In this document: piece by piece, positions 51,481-64,000 of the stretch
How positions within the stretch are numbered: the first letter of the stretch is position 1
Layout: each line of letters opens with the position of its first letter
Made by a program: the position numbers and the translations under genes
The notes under the pieces: generated by a model
Seen by the model: only the letters and a program-made list of their open reading frames with translations
What the model was told of the DNA's origin: nothing
The model's database searches: none
From: Carcharhinus longimanus
Taxonomy: Eukaryota
DNA: 64,000 nucleotides
Reading direction: 5' to 3'
NCBI GenBank assembly: GCA_030264375.1
Contig: JASCQW010000105.1
Location: forward strand, 47,875,262-47,939,261

Positions 51481-51873
51481 GTTTTCAATTGATGTACAAT
51501 TCTTATGAATAAATACCTTTTTGGTGTTCACTAACAGTCTGTGAAAGCGTACCTTTACAGAAGGCGGAGGAACACTGGAGCAGTCAAACCTGCTTCATGA
51601 GCGTTTGAGTAACAGTAGAAACAGGTAAAACTATGAAGATGGAAGTAGGCAGGATTTATAACAAAGAGCTAGGATACAAGGTAGGAAACTCAGTTCAAGA
51701 TCAAACAGGTTGCCAAATGTGGGAACAGACGAGTTCAGACAGAAGCAACATCTGGGAAGGAGAGATGAAATGATAGTGGAGTTACGGAGATTACATTGGT
51801 GATGCCTCAATTTTCCCAATGCTTAACTGGAGAAGAATACAGGATATTGGATAAGCAGTTCAACAACAGTCAT

Positions 51874-51875
<2 letters not shown>

Positions 51876-51909
<34 letters not shown>
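51876..51909. repeat. (AG)n microsatellite
   Basis: About 17 uninterrupted AG units. Confidence 0.98.
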
Positions 51910-51911
<2 letters not shown>

Positions 51912-51984
51912 TGAGTGAGCTGACCGGCATACACAAGCCAGCACAGATTCAATAACTACAAATAATGTTTAATTAATTTGATTG

Positions 51985-52112
51985 TGTTTTCAGGAAGAGG
52001 TAACAGAGAGGTTTAAATGAGAGTATATGGTGTTCATGATTACCAAAAGGTATTTGATTAAGTGCCACATAATAGACTTGTCAACAAAGCTAAAGCCCAT
52101 GAAATAAAAAAG
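51985..52112 (+). mobile_element. CR1 RT fragment
   Basis: FQEEVTER...VPHNRLVNKAKAHEIK, matching 'FDKVPH.RL..K..AHGI'. Confidence 0.7.
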
Positions 52113-52114
52113 GG

Positions 52115-52385
52115 ACAGATGCAGGAAATCCAAAATAAAAGCAGAAAACGTTGGAAATCCTCAGCAGGTCAGGCATATGAAGAGAAACATGAGTTAACAT
52201 TTCAGGTGAATGATCCTTTATCAGAACTAAGGAAAGACAGAAATGCAATAGATTTTGAGAAATTGGAAGAAGTGGGATGGGGCAGGGTGGAAGTGAACAA
52301 AAAAAAGGAAAGTCTGCAGTAAGGTGATGGACAGGAGAGATTAAATGGTTTCATGGCACAAAAGCCAAATGAATTGGTAATGGGT
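52115..52385 (-). mobile_element. Penelope-type terminal fragment
   Basis: gcagaaaacgttggaaatcctcagcaggtcaggca...gagttaacatttcaggtgaatgatcctttatcagaact. Confidence 0.65.
52191..52228 (-). ncRNA. Minimal type-I hammerhead ribozyme relic, probably inactive
   Basis: Minus strand AGTT-CTGATAA-AGGatcattcaCCT-GAAA-TGTT-AACT: helix I AGTT/AACT, helix II AGG/CCT, intact GAAA; G8 is A. Confidence 0.55.
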
Positions 52386-52430
52386 CATAGAATCATACAG
52401 CACAGACTTGTATCTGCGGCCCAACGTAGT

Positions 52431-52578
52431 CGTAGAATCCCTACAGTACAGAAGGAGGCCATTTGGCCCATCGAGTCTGCACTGAGTACAATCCCACCCA
52501 TGCCCTATTCCCATGACCTCACTCATTGATCCTGCTAACCCCTTGGCACCAGGGTTACTTTAGCATGGCCAATCAACC
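52431..52578 (-). mobile_element. HE1-type V-SINE 3' half
   Basis: tagaatccctacagtacagaaggaggccatttggccc...tagcatggccaatcaacctaacccacacatctttggac. Confidence 0.9.
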
Positions 52579-53056
52579 TAACCCACACATCTTTGGACAT
52601 CATAGTAAAGAAACAAAAGCCTTATCTAGACGAGCTGCATTTGCTCCAAGCAGCAATCCAAATAGAAAGTAAAGGAAGAATTTTTTTAACAAATGCAGGT
52701 AGAAACAGGATCTAAAACTATTGCATTCAATCCAGAAGGCTGCAGAGCGCCAAGCGGAAAGATGAGGTGCTGTTCCTCGAGTTTTAATGGCTGTTCTTAG
52801 GCTGGATGAAGGTTCCTCAGGGTTCAGTGTTAGGACGATAGATTTTCTTGTTAATTGGACAACACAGAAGATACAATGGACACTGCAGTCAAACAAGGCA
52901 TAGACTACCACAGTCACATGGAACATCACTTGCTAATTTAATTATGACAGTTTCAGTACTGAAAACCTGATGTTAAAGGTTAAACATGGAACTGTGGAAA
53001 AGATGAGCACAGATTTGGGAGGTTAGAACACATTCACAGATTGGATAGTAAAGATT

Positions 53057-53369
53057 GGTAGCACGATGGCATAGTGGTTACCACTGCAACCTCACAGCAC
53101 CAGGGACCCAGGTTCAATTCCAGCCTCGGGTGACCGTGTACATTCTCCCTATGCCTACGTGGGTTTCCTCTGGGTGCTCCAGTTTTCTCCCACATTCCAA
53201 AGATGTGCAGGTTAGGTGGACAGCCATAGTAAATTGCCCTTTAGTGTCAGGGGGACTCACAAGGTAAACATGTGGGGTTGAGATGATAGGGCCTGGGTGG
53301 GATTGTTGTTGATGCAGTCTTAATGGGCCAAATGGCTTCCTTCTGCACTGTAGAGATTCTATGATTCTA
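53057..53369 (+). mobile_element. HE1-type V-SINE
   Basis: Head, B box ggttcaattcc, V-domain and tail gggccaaatggcttccttctgcactgtagagattctatgattcta. Confidence 0.92.
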
Positions 53370-53399
53370 CAATACAGGTGTTTTCTTTTTGAAAATTGT

Positions 53400-54140
53400 A
53401 GTCATACTTAGAAGAGGACCATGCTGAGGGAATACAAATTTTATTGCATGTAGCAGTCAATGCATGATTGAGCATATGTGTAGCTGCAGAAGTACTATGT
53501 AGAACATGGGTATTGAAGGGGCTTCTGTAGTTGACTTGACAGTATCTTTTTAATGAGGAGTTGATGTAAAAGGAAGTGGGATTGGAAGGGAGGGAGAAGT
53601 GCAAGATGAACAGAGACTAATACAAAGAAATGATCAGTGATGGTCACATCAGTCATTGACATGGGGATAGGGGCCAATGATGAAGGGGTGGCTAGAGATA
53701 TGGACAGGATAATTTATTTGGAAAGAGCTTAAACTGTAGGGTAGTGAATTCAGAGCAAATAGATTAGGGTAACTTGAGATCAGAAGTTTAAATCGTTTAT
53801 AATGTCATGGGTGGAAAACCACTTGCTCACAAGAGAATGGAGATTTTGGAGGGAGACACAGAGGGGGATGATGTTAGCTGATCCCTTGGTAGAGAGCCAG
53901 AGTCAATGATGAGATGGGAAGGAGGTTGACAAGATAAGCTCTCAATGGGCACAAGGAGGACAGGGCAGATGGGATTACTGCTTATAAGGAAGCAATGATG
54001 CATGCTTTTAGTGACTGCCAATAAAAGGCACAGAGGGGAGCTGTGGGCTTACCTGGGAGGAATGGCAGCCTTGGATTGCAGCAGCATAGTAGGAAGGCAG
54101 TGAAATGTTGTGATAGAAATTGGATGGGAGGAGCACAAAG
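53400..54140 (-). mobile_element. Decayed L2-like LINE endonuclease region
   Basis: Strongly purine-rich plus strand; minus translation TITDHFFVLV resembles the endonuclease 'SDHFL' motif. Confidence 0.45.
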
Positions 54141-57100
54141 TACCAGATGAATAGGGTGAGATGATGTGAAAGAAGCAACCAAGATGAATGAAGGAACAGA
54201 AAGACAAAGAGAGATTGAAGGAACAAGATCAGAAGATGACAAAAACGTACATGCAAATGCTCCAACCAACAAAGAATTAAGTCAATTGTATCAAAACTAT
54301 GAAAACATGGAGCCCAATTTAATTGTTTAAATTTGGTTTATATACCCATACCATAGTTGTTAAAATGGCCATAGAAGAACAGGCTACAAACTACTATATA
54401 ATGATCAGATAAATATCTTGCAAGGAATTTGGACAGTAACAGCCCAGTCAGTCCATAGCTGCAAAGTCACCAATGTCAAAACTACCCAGGACTGACATCA
54501 CCAACATATTGTATTTTGCGTCTCACATCACAAGGCACCCATTATGTCCTCAGCTGCTGAACAAAAAAAAAAGCATAATTTTTGACATGCTGCAATTGTT
54601 CCAAATGAAAGTCTTTAAGAATTTCAGGCAGTGTGTGTGTGCAAAGATGTAAACAGTACAATTATAAAACTTGAGGGAGTAAATAAAAGGGGGAATTGTG
54701 AATTTGAAATGCAATTTAAAATAGCTTAATATTTATTCCGGTAGTTCCAGCTTTATCTTAATGCATATGTAAAACAAAGAAAGTACAATTTTTTTTGAAT
54801 TAGTTCAGTTTTAGAGACAGCTATTAACATGACAGCACAATGGCAGCAGCAAGTGAGGGCAAGTTGACTGCATCTTTATTGGGGCAACACCGTACAAGTT
54901 CATAAGGATGGAATACAACAGAAAGGGAAAGCTTCACTATACACTGGCACAGATCCAGCTGGACTTGAAAAACACTGTACTCCTCTGTAATTTGTTGTGC
55001 ATTTACATTCTCCATCATCTTCTGTGATACTGCAGCTAAAAATAAGGCCATGGTTTATTCAAGTAAAAATTTCAAGCTATTAGTGGGCATGACAGGAGCC
55101 ATCCCTGTGGAATAATGTTGCCCCTGATGTTAGGAAAGGAATGGAAGCATGTATAGAACTAATTACATCCGAGGTGAGCTGTAACAAACAATTATCACGC
55201 AATGCAGAGAGACACTGATGACTCTGACAGGAAATCACAAGGACAACAGGGAGAAGCATCATTTAATGCTTAGCTTTGAATCTGTGCATAATGGCAAAAG
55301 ATATTAGTGGCACTTGGATATATCCGTGAATCACAGGAACTTAAACAAGCCATTAACGACAAACAGATTTTTAAAAACGTCACTCTGAGCATTTGCCACC
55401 TAATTTTTAAGCGTTCTCCGTATGTCTGCCGGAATTGGGCCTGCAAAACACTTGACACTTGAACACTTAACTTGCAAAAGGCCCTTTGTCAAATTAGATA
55501 ACCTTTTACTGGATTCCCACAAGCCTGGTTAAGGTCAATGATTTGAAGTGGAAAACTTACTCAACAATTTCAGGATATTTGCACATAAAAATGAGACAAG
55601 TTACACCGAATACAAGATTGCAGTTGAAATACATTCTTGTGCCACTAGAAAGTTAGCAAGTGAGATAAACTTCTATAATGTAGCCCCCAGTCAACGATTA
55701 ATATGACACACAACAGTTTTCACCTCTCCAACCATTAAAGCAGTGGTCCTGGGCAATTTGGTAGAATCTGCTTTGGTGACACAATGGACAAAGGGCCTCA
55801 TTCCATGCTTTAAACTCTATGACATACTGAAGCTGCTACTGGAGTTTCACTTGGGATGCAGCAAGTATAATCCCTTCAGTGGCCCAATATGTTAGATATC
55901 ACAGCTGGTGCTATAGTTTAATGCATGTTTCAATCTTTGCAAGGACTTTAGATAACAAAAATTGCTGGCAAAATCCATTAGCTGCTATGATAAAAGAAAC
56001 AAACTCAAATCTCGAGCCAAGTGATGAACATTGCAGCACTCAAATGTCCTGTTTCATTATTGGACACAGTGTGCAAGAGCTTCTGATGAGCAGAATGTTT
56101 GCTACTCCATGGCACAATGTTTATAGAATAACAAAGCAGCATACCTATAAGAAGCAGAAGAGGACTGAAGGGTAAAGCTAACCATTATTGTCAGCGGAAG
56201 CATCAGTTGGCTCCTGTTAGATGGGTATCTTGACAGAGCAGGTTGAACAATGCTACATTTGCCCTTCACTGAGCCACGGTTGTGGAGCCAGTCAAGCTGA
56301 TTAATTGCAGGTAGGTTTGCCCATGTGGAGACGTGAGGTCGATGTCCTTAACAGTTTACCACCAGTGCCACCTAGTTGTCTTTTGTTTTTCCTATTGTTC
56401 TTCCTCCAAAAGAAAGGGAAGCGGCAAGGAAAACTCAGGTGCTGGAATGCTTTGGAAACATTAGCTTCAAAGTCACTTGTTCCTCCTAATAATGCTGCAA
56501 CTATGTCATGTCTCAAATAACTGGCTGATGGAAGTATCCAACAGGAGAAGCCTCACAAGTGCACCACTTCCTGGAGGTCTACGCAATAAGCAAAATATAA
56601 ACTACATATTTACAGGTTTTTATATTTCTACTTCATCATAAATGAATATTTCTGGAAAATTTGAATAGTAATTTACAACATTTAGAAGGGGTTTTGGTTC
56701 AAAGTTGAGTAATTGTCATCAGGTCTGTTAAGGGCAAACAGAAAATTAATAACTTGCAGGGGATTTTGAGGAAACATATCCTGGTTAGAGCATCTGGTGT
56801 TAAACTATTCAGATAGAGGGCCAACCGATAAAAATCTCAAAGCTAACAGTCTCACCAGGTCTCCCTAGGGCTGCTAAATGGGAGTTCCATACTGTGCACC
56901 ATAGTGCTTAGCAGAACAGAGCAATCGTCAATGACAGTTCGTCTCTTCAAACTAGATGCCTCTTGTCAATCTCTACAGCATTAACAGGAGTCATTCAGAA
57001 ATCCGCAGTAGCGACACTCCCACTTCCCTCTCGAGCCGAATATTGTGTTTCTGCCCAGGAATTGTAGGGAAATAAATTATTTAAACCCTGGAAAACACGA

Positions 57101-57897
57101 CCCCTTTTATCATCTTTGCAACTCTGATGTGAGATCCATCATGAACAATTTTAATTTATTTTCCCCAAACAGAACATATTCCCTGGTATATCCGTAAGCC
57201 GAGAAAACATCAGCTCAGAAAGGTTATGTCCAGGATGTTAAGCTATGGTAATACTGCTTTGCTAAAAGATTTAGCCAGATATTAATACACAATAGTTCTA
57301 TTTTAAGAATTGCGTTCAATCAAATTGAACCATCTGCAAGAATTATTACCAGCTCACAATAAATGTTTTATGCTTGTATGCTGTCTCTCTTCAATGTTGT
57401 GAAACAGCTGATTAAGACATTTCAGATGCTGATGGGAAACAGGCTCTTAAGGTAGTATTGGATTATCCATTCTGATAATTGGGGATTCTGATTAACAATA
57501 TAACATCAGTAAATAATGCTTCTCCCTTTGTTTTATGTTCATAGTCATGTTCTTCTAATTTACGAGTCACAAACAACATTTACAAAAATAAAAATCAAAC
57601 CAAATGGAAACTTCAAGCAAAAAACTTATAGGGCTGACGAGTTTGACCATTGCTGCAGGTACATACTGGTCACACACAAAACCCATCAGTGTTCTGTCCT
57701 CTTCACTTGCTGGGAAATGGTTCCAGTCGCTGGCAGCATGTCAGTCCTTTATCCAAGTGACCATTTTTCATTGGCGAAGTGGTAGACTTTGAGCATGACA
57801 GGATTTGGCTGAGTTGTGGTCGCCATGAATTCATTTTCCAGCAACGATCATCAAAGGATGAATTTTTCTCTCAATAGCCCCATAGGCTCAGCGACCA

Positions 57898-57963
57898 ATT
57901 ATAATATAGTTATACAATATAGTTATAACATTATAATATATTATAATTATAATATAGTTATAT
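57898..57963. repeat. AT-rich low-complexity tract with aatatagttata units
   Basis: Read directly from the sequence. Confidence 0.85.
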
Positions 57964-60900
57964 CAACCCAGCTGTTACCAACAAAGTCATCACAGATTTG
58001 GTTTCGAGCACTTTTCTTGTTTGAGGTTATTCAATACATTTATACAAAGCTCAATTAGTTGAAGTTTCATTTCTGCAGGGGTTCTCTCAATCTCCCACTG
58101 TCACTTCAATGCAAGACTATCAAAATCTCAAGGTAGCACAAATGAACGATTATGAGTTATCAACAGAAAAATCAACAGAAATTCTACTTTCTATTTGTTG
58201 CACCAGAATTTTACAATGTCTCATTTTGTCAATTTCTAAAATGGCCACATGTCAGCTACGACTTGTGAAGAAAATGAAGCATTCCAAATGGAAGATTCAA
58301 CTGGTATCTCTAGGAATGGCATAAATGCCAGTAAGGATTCCTCACCCAGTTCAACTATTAGTCAATAATTTTTAATTGACATATGCATTATAGCATGGGA
58401 TTCACGCACAGCAAACAGCACTATTTTCAAAGTAATGCGGTCATTTCACTGACCAAGTTGCCTCTCAAGTCTTCTCAAAATCTGCATCTTGACATTTCTC
58501 ACTTGCATCCACAGAGGTCTTTTACCCTTCGTTATTATTGATTTTATTTCACTGATTTATGCCGAGAAGGATTCTTTCATTACTGGATAAAGGCTAAAAG
58601 GAAATATTTTATTAATTTGGGTAGAACTCAGAAATCCACCAGTTACCAGATTTATTCTGCAGTCCAACCAAAAGAAGGTAATATTACTCTGGAGCTGCAG
58701 TAGCGGTTCTAAGTAACTCCAGTAACAGTGGCCTGAGAACATCAGCAACTTTCCCTGCTGGTCTCCCACCAATGTAGACTTCTTGCAGCCTGGAATAAGG
58801 GCTATTCGCTATTCAGTTAGACAAAATACAAAAGTACACAAATATTTGGATACAACAACTTAAATTGTTCATTCTCCATTATAAATAATTTACTCATGAA
58901 GTTCTTGTTTTTAATTGGGCTTATTAGATCTTGATTTTAATTTATTAGAACCCATAGATTTTAACCCAACGGCTAGGATTTCCCACATTGATTGTTAACA
59001 AAGACTAGCTGCATTTCCATTCCACATGGAAACAAAAGGGTGCATAACCAATCTCCCACAGGGAGATTAACAGCCAAAGTTCAGAATTCACAAGGATCTC
59101 AAAACTCACTTCAGAATACAGTGACACACTCTATGTCCAGTACTATACCTGCTATGGATATTATTATAGGTGGTCTTTCTTCACTAGATCTTGGCCAACT
59201 GGCAGACCCAAAATCTATTATAGATCTCATTCTCCCTGTCACTCAAATGGGTCAGAGTTTCAACCTATGAAGCAGTATTAACTAGAAAGATACAAATTCA
59301 GATTATGGAGCAGAACGAACTATAAAGCAAAGTATACCAAAAGGGCATCAATCTGGCAATCAGCATGTATCTGAGAAAAAAAATTGTCTGCTACATGTGA
59401 AGCTAAAACACCTGTTGATATTTCATACACTTCACAATTCACTGTTGGACATGTAGGTATCAGGCAGTTGAAACAAACTGACAGAACTTTTCCTGAAATA
59501 ATTCATCTTTGTTTCCCCAAATGTTATGAAATCTGAATTTAACAAAAGAACTCAGAGTAATAATAATGAAAACGTTGTCAGTGCATGCTATTAAAAAGAC
59601 AACCCACTGTGAGACTGCATTAAAAAAAAAGCAACTCCTGGCATCTACACACATGCAGTTAAATGTGGGAATCTGGAAGCTGTCATCAAGTGATGCCCTA
59701 CCTCTCCACAGGTTGCATTGTTCCGAGCTTTGTGGATGGGCCTATTTAGTAATTGCTGACTGGTCAGGAACTCAACTTCTTGCACATTTTTCTCAGTGGA
59801 CAAGATTTAACATTTACACGGATTTTTCAAAATCACAAGTAACTCGAGTTTAAAAAAAACTGTCACAATTACTGAACAGCTTCTCTGGCCCTGAAGATAA
59901 ATTTTACAGATGTGGATTTTCATTCCCTCCATATGCTCCATATTACTGCAATAAGTTGCAGATTTTGACATTAAAAATTATATTCTTTGTTGCAATACAA
60001 ATGATGCCTCCTTCACCCCATGTGCATGTCCCAAACTTTATTTCATGCTCTGTACAATAAAAGAAATGTGAATTTATTTTGCTGAGGACTGCCTCCACAC
60101 CACAGATAACCTGTCAAATGTATCGAATGGGAATCGGCATCGAAAGAGGAGAGGAAATCAACACTCCAAAACCCTATAAATCATTGCAGGCTTTCTTTGG
60201 TGCTGACTGCAAAATCCAGACCATCGTGTTTAAGTGGAACGTTCCACAGACCCTTCAGCATCTTTTTGTGGTCCATGTTCATAAGGGATTAGTTATCACT
60301 TTGTATTTTCCTTCATAACTGAACCTATATCTTTCTTTTAAATTGATGTATCATTAGTTTACATAGATCACATACTAAAAAGTGATGATATTCAAAATTA
60401 TTTTTGTCCATTTATCTAAAGGTGGTAGCGGTCCAATACATTTCACATTTCATTATCCTTTTATACACACTTCTGGACAATAAATCACTTCTTTTCTCTT
60501 TTTAAAAAATGTTTTCATCCCCGAGTACAATTCCCTCAGGTTTTCATATTTTTTCCCTTTCATTTTCATCATGCAGATAAAACGGCCAAGTCAAGTGGAA
60601 AGATCCATCTGTCCAATATACAGTGCAGCTGCTCTACAATTGGGCCTGTTTGTACTTTTATATAAAAGCAGTGCATGTATTGTAAAGTCACCTTTCAAGC
60701 AAATCCAAGTTTCAGAAGCACATTCTTTCCCCCACCAACCAATAATATTGTCTCCATTCAGGATCAGAACAGAAATGGTGACCAAGAGCTTTAACCTCTC
60801 CCTCGGGAACTTTATTTGAAGTTAGCAATATTTCAATTCTCAATTGTGCAGTACAGGTCTCAGTAGGCACTGAAGCAGCAGGATCAGGAAAAAGTAATAC

Positions 60901-62999
60901 AGTTTCAATTGGCCAGTGCCAAATTAGCATTGCAACAAAGTACAAGAATTTTTATTCTCTTTCAAGTCACATTATCACTTAGTTGACAAAAGAATTATGA
61001 AATTAACAGAACAGTTTAAGTGCAATCCCTCAATGTGCAAAAAGAATTTAAAAAAAACAAATTGACAAGTTGATCTATGCAAGGGGGACCAGGACAAGAT
61101 AAATGACCATTTAGAAGTTGCCTAACATATCATTTTTGGTTTGTTCGATGCAAAGGAATTATGTTCCCAGCCGATTATGTAATGCCATTGACAAAATAGG
61201 TCAGGTCACCTGCAGTAAGTCATATTAATTAAATTCTCATTGTAAAAAATCTTGTTTACTTACATTACTACAACTGCCGTGGGCCATATCATAAATAACA
61301 TTCTTAAAAATAAAATTATGCATTGAGTAGTTTTAAGAAATTAATAAATCATACAATTGTCTTGCTGTTCAGTCAAACAAGAGGAATGTGCAGAGCTGTC
61401 CTTTTTTTTGCACAGCTGTCTTAAAATTTCACTGAATTTCTAGTGATTTGGAAACAATTGAGAATCTGTTCATTCTAAGCTGTACCTCGGAGCGATATGC
61501 AGCGTCGCCAAAGTCATAAAGGACATTTCAGGAAGAAGGTGCTGTTGTTGAAGGGGAAAAAAGACAAGATAGAAAATATATTTCTCATTTGAAATAAGTT
61601 TATCACAACTGAATACTTGTTTGTGCGAAACTTGAATCTAAAAATACATCAAACTCCAACAGAGTGAAGGTCATGTAAAAATGAGAAAGAATTTGCTTTG
61701 AGTTTAATTGTACATTCACCATACAGTTCTATACCATATTTCCTGAATGTGCACAACTGCAAACTCTTCAACAGCAATCCAGAAAAGCTCCCAGTGTGGT
61801 AGCGAGCCACACAGGCCAATAGCTTCAATATCTCAAGCAAGAGAATAAAAGAAAAAGATCTGCCAACTTCCATCCTGCTCACTGTGCAGTAATCTCTAAT
61901 TGAAGAGTGCACATCTGGACGTCACATGAGGGGACAATCCTCATGATTAATCCTCACGATAAAATGTTCCTGATAAAATATCTTGCTCTCTGCACTATGA
62001 AGTGTGGAATACACAAGGTATTATAGAACTAATCAGTGCTTATGGAAATCAATGCCACCTCAAATTAGTGCCTGTGAGGGCACAAGGGAAATAGCAACAA
62101 AAAAAAAATTGAAATGAATGATAATTGATGTTGGTCAGCTTGTGTCGACCAGTAATGCTGCAAAAGAGGATTGTCAACCTGGTCTTTGTTTAGATCCAGA
62201 CATTTTGTTGATTCTTCTCACTAGTGTCTATCACAGTAACATTTCGTAATAGAGGGCTGTCTGACTGCAGTCGTAGAGTTGTTCTTCTGCATATCCTCCT
62301 TTATGTGAGTTCTTCAATTCAGCATGAAACGGGGTTGCAGTTGGCTCACCCACGGACTGTTGTTCTTAAAATCATTTGCAAAATGCTGTACTGTTTCTTG
62401 AATGTGACTAACTATCCTTTGCTAATTCCAAACTCTACTGGAGTATGAGTATTTCCATTCATTTGGTGGCAAAAACCTTTTACCTGGGGATTGAACAGGA
62501 CTGGATACAGGTATAGCCTTGGCTCTCAGCTGGGTGATTCATGTTTATATGGTTTTGTCAAGGAGGTTTGGGGTCGGTATTTCAAGTTCTTTTTGTTTTG
62601 CTTGGCCACCAAGCAAAACAAAATCCTTCAACACCTTTCAGTTTCCCCTCATCTTTAAAACACCTACAAAGTGTTGCTTCCAAGGATGAATCAAACCAAA
62701 ATCAAAATCTTTGTAAAGCATTGCTTGTATAGTCCCTTCCTTAATCTGGGAGCAATTTTCAGTTTCCACGATGACGTAAAATTTTCTCTTTCATAATTCA
62801 GGAAAGTTGATTTTATGCTGATTGTTTTATGGGCATCAGTCCACGTTTGTCCAATACTTATAAAAAGAAAACTGGCAGCCAGCCAGTCTTGAGGCTGCCA
62901 TCTCGTTGGCCTAATCCAAATTGTTGAAATACAATTCCTTCAGAAATGTTCTGAACTAATAATTTACATGAAAATTCAAAGTCTGATGGAATCGCAATA

Positions 63000-63480
63000 T
63001 AAAGAACAAAGAAAAGTACAGCACTGGAACAGGTTCTTCGGCCTTCCCAGCCTGTGCCAATCATAATGCTCAAACTAGAAAAAAAACCTTCCGTCCTTAC
63101 TCAGTCCGTATCCCTCTTTTTCCTCCTTATTCATGTACTCATCCAGATGCCTCTTAAAACGTTGCTAATGTGACTGCTTCTACCATTTCTTCTGGCAGAG
63201 TGTTCCGGGCACCCACCGCTCTCTGCAAGAAAAACTTCCCCCGCACATCTCCCTTAAACTTTCCCTCTTTTACCTTGGACCTGTGCCCCCTTGTAATTGT
63301 CCCTTGGAAAAAGCCTCTGACTATCCACCCTGTCTATCCCTATCATCTCCCCTCAGCCTCTGTCTTTGCAGTGAAAATAATCCTAGTTTATTCAACCTCT
63401 CCTCAAAGTCAACACTCTCAGGACCCAGCAACATCCTGGTGAACCTTCTTTTCACTCTCTCCAAAGCTTCCAAGTTCTTT
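63000..63480 (-). mobile_element. CR1 LINE 3' fragment
   Basis: aaagaacaaagaaaagtacagcactggaacagg tail; reverse complement of 'FF.QR.VGAWN.LP' region near 63190-63240. Confidence 0.88.
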
Positions 63481-63559
63481 TGATGGAGTCCCACACTACA
63501 GTAGGGTTCCAGGATGTGTAACCTCTACTGCTGCAGGTCAGGCCACTGGAGAGACCAAG

Positions 63560-63655
63560 AGAGAAAATGCTGGAAAATCTCAGCAGGTCTGGCAGCATCC
63601 ATAAGGAGAGAAAAGAACTGATGTTTTGAGTCCAGATGACCCTTTGTTAAAGCTG
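63560..63655 (-). mobile_element. Penelope-type terminal fragment with decayed hammerhead-like motif
   Basis: gaaaatgctggaaaatctcagcaggtctggcagcatc...ctgatgttttgagtccagatgaccctttgttaaagct. Confidence 0.6.
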
Positions 63656-64000
63656 ATCATCATTTCTATGGTACACCGATCACCAGAAGAACATGAAATT
63701 TAGCGCAACTTCCAAGGGGAGTCATTTCTTTGCAGCATCCATCTGCCTGTAACTTTTCTTACAAAAAGATGTGCCATGTATGAACTCAGGCACATTTTAT
63801 GACCCATATTCAGGTGAAGCTCCATGACAATTAAAGTACACTTCTTTTAATTGCTGCAAATTGAATTTTAATCATTTCTAGTAGCTGAATACAAATGTCT
63901 CAACATGTATAACAGAGAAATGGAATGAATTGCATCCAGAAGTGAAGGAAACCTCACTATACTGGGATATGAATGCATGACATAAGAAACCCACAATGAG

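Noticed and set aside
55214-55240. CTGATGA...GAAA hammerhead-like string
   Set aside because: Only a 2-bp helix II and no helix I or III pairing
56083-56105. CTGATGA followed by a hairpin
   Set aside because: No GAAA core after the stem
1-64000. CRISPR arrays, operons or other prokaryotic systems; Hox/Cdx motif enrichment
   Set aside because: No regularly spaced repeats or gene-dense segments; TTTATG-type motifs are about as frequent as expected for this AT content

Overview
Eukaryotic, AT-rich, gapped genomic DNA, very probably from a cartilaginous fish (shark). The assignment rests on the repeat set: HE1-type V-SINEs, Deu-domain SINE remnants, many CR1-clade LINE fragments, Rex/Babar-type, L1- and L2-like LINE fragments, Gypsy relics and short Penelope-type terminal fragments. 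I recognise no protein-coding gene, tRNA, rRNA or known miRNA. The window reads as intronic or intergenic, and the ORF track is mostly decayed retroelement protein or chance frames. The most interesting signals are: (1) minimal type-I hammerhead ribozyme cores in the Penelope-type fragments, best at 38851-38889 (+) and 52191-52228 (-), each with a substitution at the G8 core position; (2) three SINE families whose 3' tails match three different LINE tails present in the same window, including a V-SINE carrying a Rex-type tail; (3) several nested insertions and a hairpin-rich solo LTR; (4) repeat-poor blocks with enhancer-like motif clusters and a few weak exon candidates. Family names come from recalled consensus motifs, not from a database search, and repeat boundaries are approximate.
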